64,000 bases of DNA from Mobula hypostoma (Eukaryota): contig NC_086097.1 in NCBI RefSeq assembly GCF_963921235.1, positions 45,696,001 through 45,760,000 on the forward strand, written 5' to 3'. The notes under the pieces are model-generated. The model ran no database searches and was not told the DNA's origin. It saw nothing but the letters and a program-made list of their open reading frames with translations. The translations under genes were made by a program, and so were the position numbers. Of the stretch, positions 13,213-26,450 are shown piece by piece; position 1 is the stretch's first letter; every line of letters begins with the position of its first letter.

Positions 13213-14529
13213 ATATGTCTACTATAAGCCCACAGACTCTCACAGCTACCTGGACTATTCCTCTTCCCACCCTGTTACCTGTAAAAATGCCATCCCCTTC
13301 TCTCAATTCCCCTGTCTCTGCCGCATCTGCTCTCAGAATGAGGCTTTTCATTACAGGACGAAGGAGATGTCTTCTTTTTTTAAAGAAAGGGGCTTCCCTT
13401 CCTCCACCATCAACTCTGCTCTCAAATGCAACTCTCCCATTTCACGCACATCTGCCGTCACTCCATCCTCCCACCACCCCAATAGGGTTCCCCTTGTCCT
13501 CACCTACTACCCCACCAGCCTCTGTGTCCAACATATAATTCTCCATAACTTCCGCCACCTCCAAAGGGATCCCACCACCAAGCACATCTTTCCCTCCCCG
13601 CCCCCCACCCCCGCTTTCCACGGGGATGGCTCCCTACGTGACTCCCTTGTCCATTCGTCCCCCCCATCCCTTCCCACTGATCTCCCTCCTGGCACTTATC
13701 CTTGTAAGCGGAACAAGTGCTACACATGCCCTTACACTTCCTCCCTCACCACCATTCAGGGCCCCAGACAGTCCTTCCAGGTGAGGCAACACTTCACCTG
13801 TGAGTCGGCTGGGGTGATATACTGCGTCCGGTGCTCCCGGTGTGGCCTTCTATATATTGGTGAGATCCGACGCAGACTGGGAGACCATTTTGCTGAACAC
13901 CTACGCTCTGTCCGCCAGAGAAAGCAGGATCTCCCAGTGCCCACACATTTTAATTCCACGTCCTATTCCCATTCTGATATGTCTATCCACGGCCTCCTCT
14001 ACTGTCAGGATGAAGCCACCCTCAGGCTGGAGGAACAACACCTTATATTCCGTCTGGGTAGCCTCCAACCTGATGGCATGAACATTGATTTCTCTAACTT
14101 CTGTTAATGCCCCTCCTCCCCTTCTTACCCCATCCCTTATTTATGTATTTATTTAATTTATTCTCTGTTTCCTTCTCACAATCACTCCTTGCCTGTTCTC
14201 CATCTCCCTCTGATGCTCCCCTCCCCCTTTCTTTCTTCCAAGGCCTTCCGTCCCAAGATCCTCTCCCTTCTCCAGATTTGTATCCCTTTTGCCAATCACC
14301 TGTCCAGCTCTTGGCTCCATCCCTCCCCCTCCTGTCTTCTCCTATCATTTCGGGTCTCCCCCTCCCCCCCCACTTTCAAATCTCTTACTATCTCTTCTTT
14401 CAGTTAGTCCTGACCAAGGGTCTCGAGCCGAAACGTCGACTGTACTTCTTCCCATTGATGCTGCGTTCCAGCAGCATTTTGTGAATGTTGTTTGAATTTC
14501 CAGCATCTGCAGATTTTCTGGTGTTTACA
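13213..14529 (+). mobile_element. 5'-truncated Penelope-like element
   Basis: GIY-YIG ORF, CT-rich 3' UTR, hammerhead-type tail; 11-bp TSD TCTCTCCTCAA (13202-13212, 14530-14540). Confidence 0.9.
13367..14107 (+). pseudogene. Penelope ORF C-terminal part: linker, Cys-rich motif and GIY-YIG endonuclease
   Basis: 246-aa open frame with PCKRNKCYTC, VIYCVRCSRCGLLYIGE..RRL...FAEH and terminal LQPDGMN. Confidence 0.85.
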
Positions 14530-15418
14530 TCTCTCCTCAACCATCAGGTTCCTAAACCAGAGGGGATAACTTTACATGTCAACACTGAACTGATTCCGCA
14601 AGAGTGTCACTTTCAAGGACTCTACATCTCAAGTTCTCAGTATTTATTGCTTATTTGTTTATTACTTTTATTTTTTTCATTTTCTCATTGTATTTGCAGT
14701 TTATTATCTTTTGCACGTTGGTTGTTTGTCCATCTCTGTTGTGTACAGGTTTTCATTGATTCTATTGTATTTCTTTCTACTTACTGTGAATGCCTGCAAG
14801 AAAATGAATCACAGGTTAGCATATGGTGATATGTATGTACTTAGTTAATACTTTTACTTTGAACTGAGGACATATGGAAATTAGTTTCAGCTTGACCAGG
14901 AAAGATAAACTCTAGAGCCCAACAAGTGATAGCACTGAGGTTGTGGGCAGCTTGAATAGTAATCGGAGGAATTACGGTTGCATATTGGATGGTGATAATG
15001 AATGATGGTGGGAGAGACTTGAAGTCACAATAAAGGGATGTTCTGGGACTGTAATTTCTGGTTCTCATGATAATATTGAACAATTGATGTTAACTATTTG
15101 AATGTGAAGGATTGAAATAGCTTAGATTCTTTAAAGGCAGGTTCCTTCATTTAAAATATGCTTTCTAATTTTTCCAATTACTGTTTGTGTGGAATATAAA
15201 CATTAAATAGTGTAACAGAAAAATGTCCCTTCCATTCTACTCACAGCATGCAGCCTCCTGCACCCTCATATTTCACCTACTCAGGTGGAATGGACTGCAG
15301 CCTCTTCTATTGATTTTGAGGTGTGCAAGGACACTACAGGAATCTAATGTGATTGCTTTTTAAGGGACATGTTAACTAAATGCATATTGTGCAAAATCAC
15401 TTCTCCAGGATGTACTCC

Positions 15419-16741
15419 CGGCTTGAAATCATCGGACAAAGTCAGCATGGATTTGTGAAAGGAAAATCATGTCTGACGAATCTCACAGAATTTTTTGAGG
15501 ATGTAACTAGTAGAGTGGATAGGGGAGAACCAGTGGATGAGGTATATTTGGATTTTCAAAAGGCTTTTGACAAGGTCCCACGCAGGAGATTAGTTTGCAC
15601 TTAAAGCACACGGTATTGGGGGTAAGGTATTGATGTGGATAGAGAATTGGTTGGCAGACAGGAAGCAAAGAGTGGGAATAAACGGGACCTTTTCAGAATG
15701 GCAGGCAGTGACTAGTGGGGTACCGCAAGGCTCAGTGCTGGGACCCCAGTTGTTTACAATGTATATTAATGACTTAGATGAGGGAATTAAATGCAGCATC
15801 TCCAAGTTTGCGGATGACACGAAGCTGGGCGGCAGTGTTAGCTGTGAGGAAAATGCTAAGAGGATGCAGGGTGACTTGGATAGGTTAGGTGAGTGGGCAA
15901 ATTCATGGCAGATGCAATTTAATGTGGATAAATGTGAGGTTATCCACTTTGGTGGCAAAAACAGGAAAACAGATTATTATCTGAATGGTGGCCGATTAGG
16001 AAAAGGGGAGGTGCAATGAGACCTGGGTGTCATTGTACACCAGTCATTGAAAGTGGGCATGCAGGTACAGCAGGCGGTGAAAAAGGCGAATGGTATGCTG
16101 GCATTCATAGCAAGAGGATTTGAGTACAGGAGCAGGGAGGTACTACTGCAGTTGTACAAGGTCTTGGTGAGACCACACCTGGAGTATTGTGTGCAGTTTT
16201 GGTCCACTAATCTGAGGAAAGACATTCTTGCCATGGAGGGAGTACAAAGAAGTTTCACCAGATTGATTCCTGGGATGGCAGGACTTTCATATGATGAAAG
16301 ACTGGATCGACTAGGCTTATACTCGCAGGAATTTAGAAGATTGAGAGGTGATCTTATTGAAACGTATAAAATCCTAAAGGGATTGTACAGGCTAGATGTA
16401 GGAAGATTGTTCCCGATGTTGAGGAAGTCCAGAATGAGGGGTCACAGTTTAAGGATAAAGAGGAAGCCTTTTAGGACCGAGATGAGGAAAAACTTCTTCA
16501 CACAGAGAGTGGTGAATCTGTGGAATTCTCTGCCACGGGAAACAGTTGAGGCCAGTTCATTGGCTATATTTAAGAGGGAGTTAGATATGGCCCTTGTGGC
16601 TAAAGGGATCAGGGGGTATGGAGAGAGGGCAGGTACAGGGTTCTGAGTTGGATGATCAGCCATGATCATACTGAATGGTGGTGCAGGCTCGAAGGGCTGA
16701 ATGGCCTACTCCTGCACCTATTTTCTATGTTTCTATGTTTC
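15419..16741 (+). mobile_element. Young 5'-truncated CR1 LINE
   Basis: [43 protein letters not shown] motifs; (TTTCTATG)n tail; possible TSD TACTCC (15413-15418, 16742-16747). Confidence 0.95.
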
Positions 16742-16859
16742 TACTCCTTGGCTATTGGAGGGCAGTGCTTTTGCTTCCCATCTACTGTTCTACCATCATA
16801 CATATCTCTGAAGGTGGTGAACGTTTCAGCATCTCTAAGATATTCCTTTTTACCCTGAG

Positions 16860-18400
16860 TCATAGAGCAATAGAACATGGATGCAGACCCTTCTGCGCAA
16901 AGAGACCATGGTGCCCACCTAGTTTCTCCCAATTTCCTGTGTTCAGCCCATTTTCCTCTAATCCCGCCCCTCCATATACCAAGTCAAGTGCTTCTTAAAC
17001 GATACTACTGCACCTGTCTCAACCACTTCCCCGGCTGCTCGTTCCATATACTCACCACCCTCTGCGTGAAAAAGTTGCCTCTCAGGTCCCTTTTAAATCT
17101 TTTCCCTCTCACTCTAAATCTATGTTCCCTAATTTTGGATTCCTCAACCTTGTGGAAAAGACTATTACCATAACCTTATCTATACCTCTAATAACGTTAA
17201 AGATTTCTATAAGGTCACCCTTAATTCCCCAACATTGCAAAGGATAAAGTCTTAGCCTGGCCATTCTGTCCCAGTAACTCAGGCCCTCTAGTCCTGGCCC
17301 ATCCTTGTAAATCTTTCGTCCACTCTTTCCAGTTTAATCATCTCCCTTCTATAATAGTGTGTCAAAAACTGTATACAGTGCTTCAAGAGCGGCCTCACCA
17401 ATGACCTATATAACTGCAACATTTTGTTCCAAATTCAATACTCAGTATCCTGACTGATGAAAGCCAGCATGCTAATTGCCTTTTTCACCACCTCGTCTAC
17501 TGGTAACATAGCTTTCAATGAAATATGTACTTGTACAGTACTTCTAAAGCCCTCGGTTCTATTACACTCCCTAGTGCCTCATCATTCATACTCTAGTTTG
17601 ATTTTCCAAATACATCACCTCACACTTAGCTGTTTTGAAATCCCATTTTTCACTCCTCCTCCCAATTCCTTCCCTGATCAAGATCCTTTGTAATCTATGA
17701 TAACGTTCCTCACTATCAAAAGCACCTCCTAATTTTGAGTCACAAACACGAGGAATTCTGCAGATGCTGGAAGTTCAAACAACACACATCAAAGTTGCTG
17801 GTGAACGCAGCAGGCCAGGCAGCATCTCTAGGAAGAGGTACAGTCGACGTTTCAGGCTGAGACATCGACTGTACCTCTTCCTAGAGATGCTGCCTGGCCT
17901 GCTGCGTTCACCAGCAACTTTGATGTGTGTTCCTAATTTTGAGTCTTCTGCAAACTGAGGAAGCCTTATGCATTTTCATCTGAATAATTTCTATAAGTAA
18001 CAAATAAGAAGGGTCCCAACACTTGACATACCACTAATCACCAGCCTCCATTCCAAGAAACAGCCTTCAAACGCTACCCCTGAGCCAACTTTGAATCTAG
18101 CTCTCCCTGGACTCAATGGGACCTCGTCTTCCATATTAGCCTACCTGGTTGGTTGAAGGTCTTGCTAAAGTTTAGGCAACATCCACCGCCCTACCCTCAT
18201 CTACCTTTTTGGTTATTTCTTTAAAAAAACTCTGAGGTTCATCAAACATAAATTCCCATACACATTGTCATGTTGTTTACTCGGGTTTTGAGGGTATATC
18301 CAATGCTGGTATAGAACAATTCTAGTCTTGTCCGGCTGGCCAGCCTGTAGTTCCCTGGATTGGCCTTGCCACCCTTTTTAAACCACAGAACAATATTAGT
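16860..18400 (-). mobile_element. Older CR1 LINE fragment
   Basis: Reverse-strand CR1 tail at 16860 and FKKGGKANPGNYRLAS peptide near 18350. Confidence 0.8.
17742..17930. mobile_element. Fold-back (inverted) Penelope-tail insertion
   Basis: Perfect 67-bp inverted repeat 17781-17847 / 17865-17931; 15-bp TSD TCCTAATTTTGAGTC (17727-17741, 17931-17945; last arm base shared with TSD). Confidence 0.9.
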
Positions 18401-19049
18401 TGATTGAAGATTGAAGTTTTTCAACATTTGGGTGATCGAAGAAACCAGAATGTCTAGAATTTGAGACAGTATTCTAGGTATGGTACTAATTCCTGCCACA
18501 AATCACTTTTTTTGCTGTTCAGCACCATTGAAGGTCAGGTAACTGAGTTTAAATTTCTCAAATCCAGCCAGGAGCGATTATGAGAATTCACGAAGGAATA
18601 GATTCACAAGGACCTCCAACGTTTGATTTCCTTCTCATTAGGAATATATGTTCAAATAATAGGATCTTGCAGAATGAGTTTAAAATATGAAGAGGTTTAC
18701 TGGTTTAAAAATACTGTAATATAATTCAATCAGTTTTGCTCGATGCCAGGTAATATTGATCAACTCTCTCTGTTTAACTGCCTTGGTGATATTTAATTGT
18801 GAGGCTGCTGAGCGTGCACATGGATCGATTGCCAAATGCTGAGAGTTTAATAAGGAACAGTTTGTGACTCCAGTATTATGTTGCTGTCCTTCAGCTGCCT
18901 AGCAACTAATTCTCTGCTCCCCAGCTACTTAGTTTGACTACTCACTACTTCCTTCCTTCATTAAATCTCATCATGCTCCTAAGGAGAGTGATTACAAGTT
19001 TTGTTCCTGCCCATTACATCTTCATCATGTAATCATATTATTGCAACTA

Positions 19050-19660
19050 AAATCTTATTCAAAAATACGGTTGAGTGAGCCTACAGATTAATTGCTTCGC
19101 AGCTCAGTAAGTGGTCAAGCTGTGTCTGAAGAATACCAGCTTCTGCACTTGAAACTGGATGTAATGTTGAATCAGTTGAAAATGGTGCTGGCCGTAAGAT
19201 GTTGGCAAGGCACACATCAAGGTCACTGACCGCCCAGTAACATTGATCAGGAGCAGACAAATAGGAGAGGCAACCTGCAGACCCTGGAGGTGCAGCTCAT
19301 GGGCAGATGATCAATTTGGAAAGTGACAATCCCGACAGCTGTTTCCTAAAGGCAGCACCTGCTTGGTGGTGTGCAAAAGTACATTGTAGATCAGCAACAT
19401 TCTGCCATCAGGAAACAGTAGAAAGTGATTCACTTCCTGCTCCTGCGCTATATGAGGTCGTTTTCACCCGCGGCCATTAGGCTCTATGATGAGTTAACCT
19501 ATAGCCAGAGAAGAGTTGACCCCTCCCCCTCCTGTTAGACTGTTTGAGGTGACTTTTTTTTATTCTTTCTTACCTCTCTTCTAATATTTGTATATCTTTC
19601 TGTGTACTTGTAATGCTATTGTGACTGTAATTTCCTTTGGGATCAATAAAGTATCTAGCT
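19050..19660 (+). mobile_element. Decayed Rex1/L2-like LINE 3' fragment
   Basis: TCGTTTTCACCCGCGGCCATTAGGCTCTAT (SFxPxAIRLY) and tail TTTCCTTTGGGATCAATAAAGTATCTA. Confidence 0.55.
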
Positions 19661-20749
19661 AATCATGTTTTTCCTCTATTAATCCTTATTGCTTGATTTT
19701 CTCACTACCCAAAAGCTGCAAGTTTTTGTCTTGAGGACACTGATGTACCACATCTGCACTGGGTTGAGAATTTCATAGATTTACCACTCTCTGGGTGAAG
19801 ACATTTCTGTCTGTCCTGAATTGTTGACCGCTGCTTTTGAGGCCTAGGCCCTGGTTCTGAACGTCTCAGAATGGAGGAATATCATCTCCACATCTGCTCT
19901 CTGAGGCCCCCCAAAAATTGTCAGTTCAATGAGGTTACATCACATTTCTCAAAACTTGAGTGAGTACTGGTCTAATGTTTATCTCTCCTGTGTACAACAG
20001 TTTCCCTCCAGCATACCAGGAAACAATGGTCAGAATTCCCCAGATTTCTGTGGAGGTGCTTAATGAAGAAGTCAGGGTCATTAAGGTCTTCCTGCTCTTC
20101 TCCGGTGGAGAGCAGGAGGCACAATTAATCAGGTAACAGTACAAGGAGAGAGCTGTCTGAAGCTGGTCAGATCCAGCAGCAGTCCTTCTGTGCTGGAGAA
20201 GGTTTACGAACATTACAGCTCGAGGTGGTAAGCAGCCCTGCTACACACACTTTCCCTGCAATGGCAGCTTATACCAGTCCTGTCACATGAGCCTTACCAC
20301 CTTACCAAAAGACTTTAACTCTTTCTGCCTACCTCTACACGATAGCACTGGCCCATCAACATTCTATTTTTATTTTCAAATTGTACTTGGATTAATTCTT
20401 CCTTTTCTATTTTTGGCACTTTAAATTACACACTTTGTGGGGATTTTCATCCCTGTGCAGATTGGACAGGTGGCAGTCAAACCATCTGCTATAGCCTATC
20501 AAGACCACCAGGGGACCTAAAACCACGCCATAGACATATCCATTTTGATGCTTCCAAACTTTGGAGCTCCTAACAGGTGCTTTATTAACAGATGTCTGCT
20601 TGCTCCACTTCCATAGTGAGAATATATGTATTTTAGCAAAACAAGAACTGGATCTGAAACAAAGCAGAAAATATCAAAAATAATTAGCAGCACAGACAAT
20701 CTCAGTGGGGAGAGAAGCAGGAGCTAACATTTTAACTCATTAACGTCAG

Positions 20750-21135
20750 CAGTCGGAAGCACTGTTGAGAAGGTTGTAGGTTCAAGTTCTGTATCGGGAG
20801 TTGGGCAGATAATGTAACTGATAGTGGTGTGTTACGTTGAGGGAGTGCTGCATTGTTAAAGGTGCTGTCATTTAGATGTGAGTTAAGCCAGGTCCCCATC
20901 TGCCCTGTCATGTTTCCTTAGAAGATCCTATTGCAGCATTTTAAAGAAAAGGACAACTCTTCCCAGGACAATGTGCGTCCTTCAATGAACATCACAATAT
21001 TGATGACCTCAACCTCATCATATTGCTGTTTGTGGGAGTCTCCACAACCTGCAGGTTGGCAGTGTAAACATTAATTGTATCCCGAAATATTTCTCAGTGC
21101 TTTAAAAGGTAATGCATAAATACAAACTTCTTTCA
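20750..21135 (+). mobile_element. DeuSINE (SacSINE1/AmnSINE-like) ancient SINE
   Basis: B-box-like GGTTCAAGTTC; TGAGGGAGTGCTGCATTGT..GGTGCTGTC and ATTGCTGTTTGTGGGAG Deu-domain motifs. Confidence 0.7.
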
Positions 21136-21203
21136 TTTTCTTCAGTCTTAGCTGGTCTCTGGAATAAATGAGACAGTATCATTAGGGATGCATTATGTCC
21201 AAA

Positions 21204-21275
21204 GATGTCTTACAACAGAGGCATTTGTCGTTTTTTGATCATGATGCCTTAGAAATACCTCTGTTGTAAGACATC
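21204..21275. repeat. Inverted repeat, 23-bp arms with 26-nt spacer
   Basis: GATGTCTTACAACAGAGGCATTT / AAATACCTCTGTTGTAAGACATC, one mismatch. Confidence 0.9.
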
Positions 21276-21329
21276 GTAGGCGCTGAGGTATGGTAGTGAT
21301 AGTGGTGGAGTATTTTGTGTTTATTCAAT

Positions 21330-24160
21330 GTTGTCATCACATTTCTTGTCCATCTCTAATTGCCCCTGACAATGTGATGCTGAGCCACCTCCTTGAACTG
21401 CCGCAGTCTGGCTGGAAAGGGAGCTCCCACAGTGCTGTTTGAACAGAGCTCCAGGAACTGAATCCTGCGATGCTGAACGAACAGCAAAATGTTTCAAAGT
21501 CAGGATAATGTGCTAGTTGGAGGAGAATCTCGAGTGGCGATGCTCCTATGTACCTGTTGTCATATCCTCATTGAGGGGAGGCGTTGTTGGTATGGGAAAT
21601 GTCATCAGATAAGCTATTTAAATAACTGCAGTGCATTTTGTAAATGGTCCACTCCACCTCACTGTGCCCTGATGGAGGTTATAAATATTTAAGATGGTGA
21701 ATGGGATGTCAGTTGAGTGGGTTATTTTGAGCAAGTATTCTGAGTGTCTCTACAGCATCCAGGCAGGTGGAGAGTGTTCCATTATCACTGCACTTGATGG
21801 CAAGACCTTGAGGTGTCAGGAGGTGAGTAACTCAGCTCAGGAAACCAAGGCACTGATCTGCTGTTTTAGCCACAGTATTTATGGGACTGATATAAATAAG
21901 ATAGCCAATAACATAAAAGAGGATACCAAAAGTTTTTCAGATTTATAATGAGTAGAAAAAGAGGCAAGAGTAGATATTGGACTGCTAGAAAATGATGCTG
22001 GAGAGGTAGTAATGGGAGACAAAGAAATGGCAGATGAAGTTAATAAATATTTTGCATCAGTCTTCACTGTGCCAGACACTAGCAATATACTAGGATCAGG
22101 GCACAGAAGTGAGTGTAGTTACTATTACTAGGGAAAAGCTTCTTGGGAAGCTGAAAGGTCTGAAGGTAGATAAGTCCCATGGATCAGGTGGACTACACCC
22201 TGGGGCTCTGATAGGGGTGGCTGAAGAGACTGTGAGGGCATTACTACTGATCTTTCAGGAATCACAAGATACTAGAATGGTTCCAGAGAACTCAAAAAGT
22301 GCAAGTGTTATTTCACTCTTTAAGAATGGAGGGAGGCAGAAGCAAGGAAATTATAGTTAGCCTGGCTTCAGTGGTTGGGAATATGTTGGAGTCCATTATT
22401 AAGGATGAGGTTTTGGGGCACTTGGAGGCACTTGATAAAACAGGCCAAAGTCAGCATGGTTTCGTTAAGGGTAAATCTTGTCTGACAAACCTGTTGGAAT
22501 TCTTTGAGGAAATAACAAGCAGGATAGACAAAGGAGAGTCAGTGGATGTTGTTTATGTGGAATTTCAGAAGGCCTTTGAAAAGATGCCACACTTGAAGCT
22601 GCTTAACAAGGTAAAAGCCCATGGTATTGCAGGAAAGATACTTGCATAGATAGGAGTTTGGTTAACTGGCAGGAAGCAAAGACTGGAAACAAAGGGGGCC
22701 TTTACAGTTTGGCTGCTGGTGGCTACTGGTGTTCCACAGGGGTTGGTGTTAGGACCCCCTCTTCACGTTATGTATCAGTGATTTGGATGATGGAATTGAT
22801 GGTTTGTTTGCAGATGATATAAGGAAAGGTGGAAGGGCAGGTGGTGTTGAGGAAGCAGGTAGTCTGCAATGCCCTGCAAAAGGACTTAGTCTGATTGGAA
22901 GTATGGTCAAAGAAGTGGCAGATGGAATATAGTGTCAGGCGGTGTATGGTCACGCACTTTGGTAGAAGGAATAAAGCCATAGACTATTTTCTAAATTGGG
23001 AGAAAATTCAAAAATCAGAGGTGCAAAGATACTTGGGTGTCCTCGTCCAGGATTCCCTGGAAATTAACTTGCAGGTTGAATCAGTGGTAAGGAAAAGGCA
23101 AATGCAATGTTAGCATTCATTTTCAGAGGACTAGAATATAAGAGCAAGGATGTGATGCTGAGGTTTTATAAGGCATTGGTCAGACCACACTTTGAGTATT
23201 GTGAGCAGTTTTGGGCCCCTTATGTGAAAATATGTGCTGGAATCGGAGAGAATACAGAGGAAGTTCACGAGAATGATTCCAGGAATGAAAGGGTTAACAT
23301 ATGAGGACCATCTGATGACTCTGGGACTTCATTTGCTGCAGTTTAGCAGAATGAGGGGGAATCTCATTAAAACCTATCAAACATTAAAGGCTTATATACA
23401 GTGTATGTGGAGAGGATGTTTCCTATAGTGGGTGAGTCTAGGACTAGAGGTCACAGCCTCAGAATAGAGGGATATTCATTTAGAACAGGTCTGAGGAGGA
23501 ATTTATTTAGCCAGAGGGTGGTGAATCTGGATTCATTATCTCGGGCAGCTGTGGAGGCCAAATCATTGAGTATACAGTATTTAAAGTTAAGGTTGATAGG
23601 TTCTTCATTAGTCAGGGTGTCAAAGGTTACGGAGGGAAGGCAGGAGAATGGAGTAGAGAGGAATAATACATCAGCCATGATGGAATGGCAGCACTGACTT
23701 GAGGAGCCAAATAGCCTAATTTTCCTTTGTGTCATATGGTCTTATGGACTTATGATTCTGACAATGGAATCCCCAATATGTCAATAGTGAAGGACTTGGC
23801 ATTGGTATCACTGGTGATTGTCGAGGGTAGGTGGTTGAATACCCTCTTGTTGAATTTGGTCATGGCCTTATTTGTTGTGTAAATCTCAGCCCAGGCTGAC
23901 TGTTGTCCTGCTGGAGGAATTGCAAATGAAATTGAATGACACAAGAACCTCTGCAGACACTGGAAAATTGAGCACACACACAAAATGCAGTGATTTCCAC
24001 AGGCTGGAGTGATTAACATCCAACAGACTCAACCATCACTCTTAGTGTGAAGTGTGACTACAAGCACTGGAGTGTGTTCTATTTGAGGCCTTTGACTGAG
24101 CTTCCTTGGTATTACACTTGGCCAAGTGCTGCCTTAATGTGAAGACCCACACTCCACTCT
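21330..24160 (-). mobile_element. Ancient LINE remnant (about 21330-21885 and 23745-24160) split by a CR1
   Basis: GAGCCACCTCCTTGAACTGCCGCAGT...CACAGTGCTGTT also present at 5170-5250; degenerate continuation after 23745. Confidence 0.5.
21890..23745 (+). mobile_element. CR1 LINE ORF2 3' half, frameshifted
   Basis: [20 protein letters not shown] and LVRPHFEYCEQFWAP peptides; TCTTATGG-type tail. Confidence 0.92.
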
Positions 24161-24305
24161 TGTCCATAAGATCATATGTATTCAACTCCCTGTGTTTAAA
24201 TTATATATCATGAGGATTGTCAACCTTTTTTGGATTAATGCTCGACATATTTAAAATTGGTAAATGATAAATTAATGTATATGGACCAACAAGGCTAGTT
24301 ATCAG

Positions 24306-24738
24306 AAAACACACATCAAAGTTGCTGGTGAATGCAGCAGGCCAGGCAGCATCTCTAGGAAGAGGTACAGTCGACATTTCAGGCTGAGACCCTTCGTCAG
24401 GACTAACTGAATGAAGAGCTAGTAAGAGATTTGAAAGTGGGAGGGGGAGGGGGAGATCCAAAATGATAGGAGAAGACAGGAGGGGGAGGGATGGAGCCAA
24501 GAGCTGGACAGGTGATTGGCAAAAGGGATATGAGAGGATCATGGGACAGGAGGTCCGGGAAGAAAGACAAGGGGGAGGTGGGGGAAAAAACCCAGGGGAT
24601 GGGCAAGGGGTATAGTCACAGGGACAGAGGGAGAAAAAGGAGAGAGAGAGAAAGAATGTGTGTATATAAATAAATAACGGATGGGGTACGAGGGGGAGGT
24701 GGGGCATTAGCAGAAGTTTGAGAAGTCAATGTTCCTGT
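24306..24738 (-). mobile_element. Penelope 3' end (NIDFSNFC stop + 3' UTR + hammerhead-type tail)
   Basis: 10-bp TSD TAGTTATCAG (24296-24305, 24739-24748). Confidence 0.9.
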
Positions 24739-26159
24739 TAGTTATCAGGAAGTAGGATTTGTTTGCAAACTTCTTTTTCTGCCAGTATAATGGGATGAGT
24801 GGCCTTCTGTGCAATAAATATCTTTGATTCATTGACAGATTCCAATGACACTTGGTATAAAATGATATGAACTCTTTTTGAACCCTTCCATAATATGGCA
24901 TGGCCACCCTTTTATGGCAGCTTAGTTCCTGGTTTCCTGGCATACTGTACATTTGCATCTGAAAAAATTGCCCACGGTCTAACTTTGAGCTCTTAGGAAT
25001 GCACCTTTTCAGCCAAAATTATTGCCGTACAGGTAATGTATGGAGTGGGTCAATAGAGTATAGTAGGTTGGGATTGCTGCTTTGCTCACGTGCTATCTGC
25101 ATTTCCTCCCTCCTGTATAATGGAGCGAGTGAAGATCTGCAGCAGGGATGCGACAGAGGATCAGCTCCTTCGGCACTTTGCCAACAGCCTGGCTTTAAAG
25201 GACAAGATGATTGCTCTGGTGCTTTGTCATAGATTTATTAAAATTCAGTGCTGATCACAGCATTATTGCAGCCAATTCTTTGCAGGAAGTCAATTTTAAC
25301 AACAAAACTTGTTTTGAATGAAAGTTTTGCACTTTCCAGAATTATATTTTAAATATATTTATACTAATCTTTCATTGCTTTATGTTGTAAGGAGACTTTA
25401 TTCAATCATGTCTTGCATAATAAATGAGCTAAACATTAAGATATGCTCTAAACAAACAAATACGAGTGGATGCCATTTAGCTGAATCTGTAAAACATCTT
25501 TACCCCTCAGATTACTTTGAAAGACTGTTGCACATGTAATTTGGTTTCCTCAGGGATGTTATAAACCTTGGGCCATGTGATTTGTTCTCTCTTTGACTTT
25601 GTCCCTCACTCCCACTGGGCAAGGCCGGTTTCCTGATTGCTGCTTTCTAATGAAATGATCGATTCAGATTGCTGCAATGTCATGAATTATGGACACCAAC
25701 ATATAGAGCACCATCTCAGCTAACTGTGACGATTACACAATTATACAGCACAGAAACAGGCCATTTGGCCCATCTGGTCCATACTGGTGAATGTACTCTA
25801 AGAGTCAAAAAGGTGTGCACTTCTCAGTAATAAATAGCGCCTGGAGAAAATTCAAAATAGTTAATAACTGCTGGAGAAAAACCAACAAAGTCTAAAATTA
25901 ATACAACATGCAATTATAGAAACATCTACAGATACATACAAGTATAATAATTAAATATACTAATTTATGCAGAATATCACACTGGTTAATGAAAATCTAA
26001 GTAAGCAGTTGTAACCAAAAAGTGGCCCGTGTATTTCCTTCAAAAGAAATAACACAGCATTACTTTCTAAAGCCTGAATTCCTTCCAGATGAATCTATCT
26101 TATTTCATGGCCCAATGGGTCAGGAAAATGGCAGCCAGTGCTTAATCTCCTAGGGCAAT

Positions 26160-26450
26160 AGAGAGATCGAGCATGAAAACAGCTTCCTCAGCCCACTGAT
26201 TCCACACCATTGATCAACTACCCATTTACACCAATGCCATATTAATTCCACATCCTCATCAACCTGATTCCACTGCTCACCCACATACCAGGGGCAATTT
26301 AGAGCAACCAATTAACCTTCCAATTTGCCCAACTATGGGAGGAAACTGGAGTACCCAGAAGAAACCCTGACAGTTACAGGAAACTCCACACAGACAGCAC
26401 TAGAGGTCAGCATTGAACCTGGTTCTCTGGTGATGTGAGGCAGAGGCTCT
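26160..26450 (-). mobile_element. HE1-type V-SINE
   Basis: TGGGAGGAAACTGGAGTACCCAGAAGAAACCC...AAACTCCACACAGACAGCAC. Confidence 0.75.

Larger units (their letters stand above)
10940..14865 (+). mobile_element. Rex1/Babar LINE (endonuclease + RT, frameshifted), split by a Penelope insertion
   Basis: [23 protein letters not shown] and FADNTTVVG motifs (12228-12749); 3' end resumes at 14530 after the TSD. Confidence 0.9.

Noticed and set aside
24201..24707. Proline-rich 168-aa ORF and relatives at 14107, 41623 and 59662
   Set aside because: Translations of the CT-rich Penelope 3' UTR.
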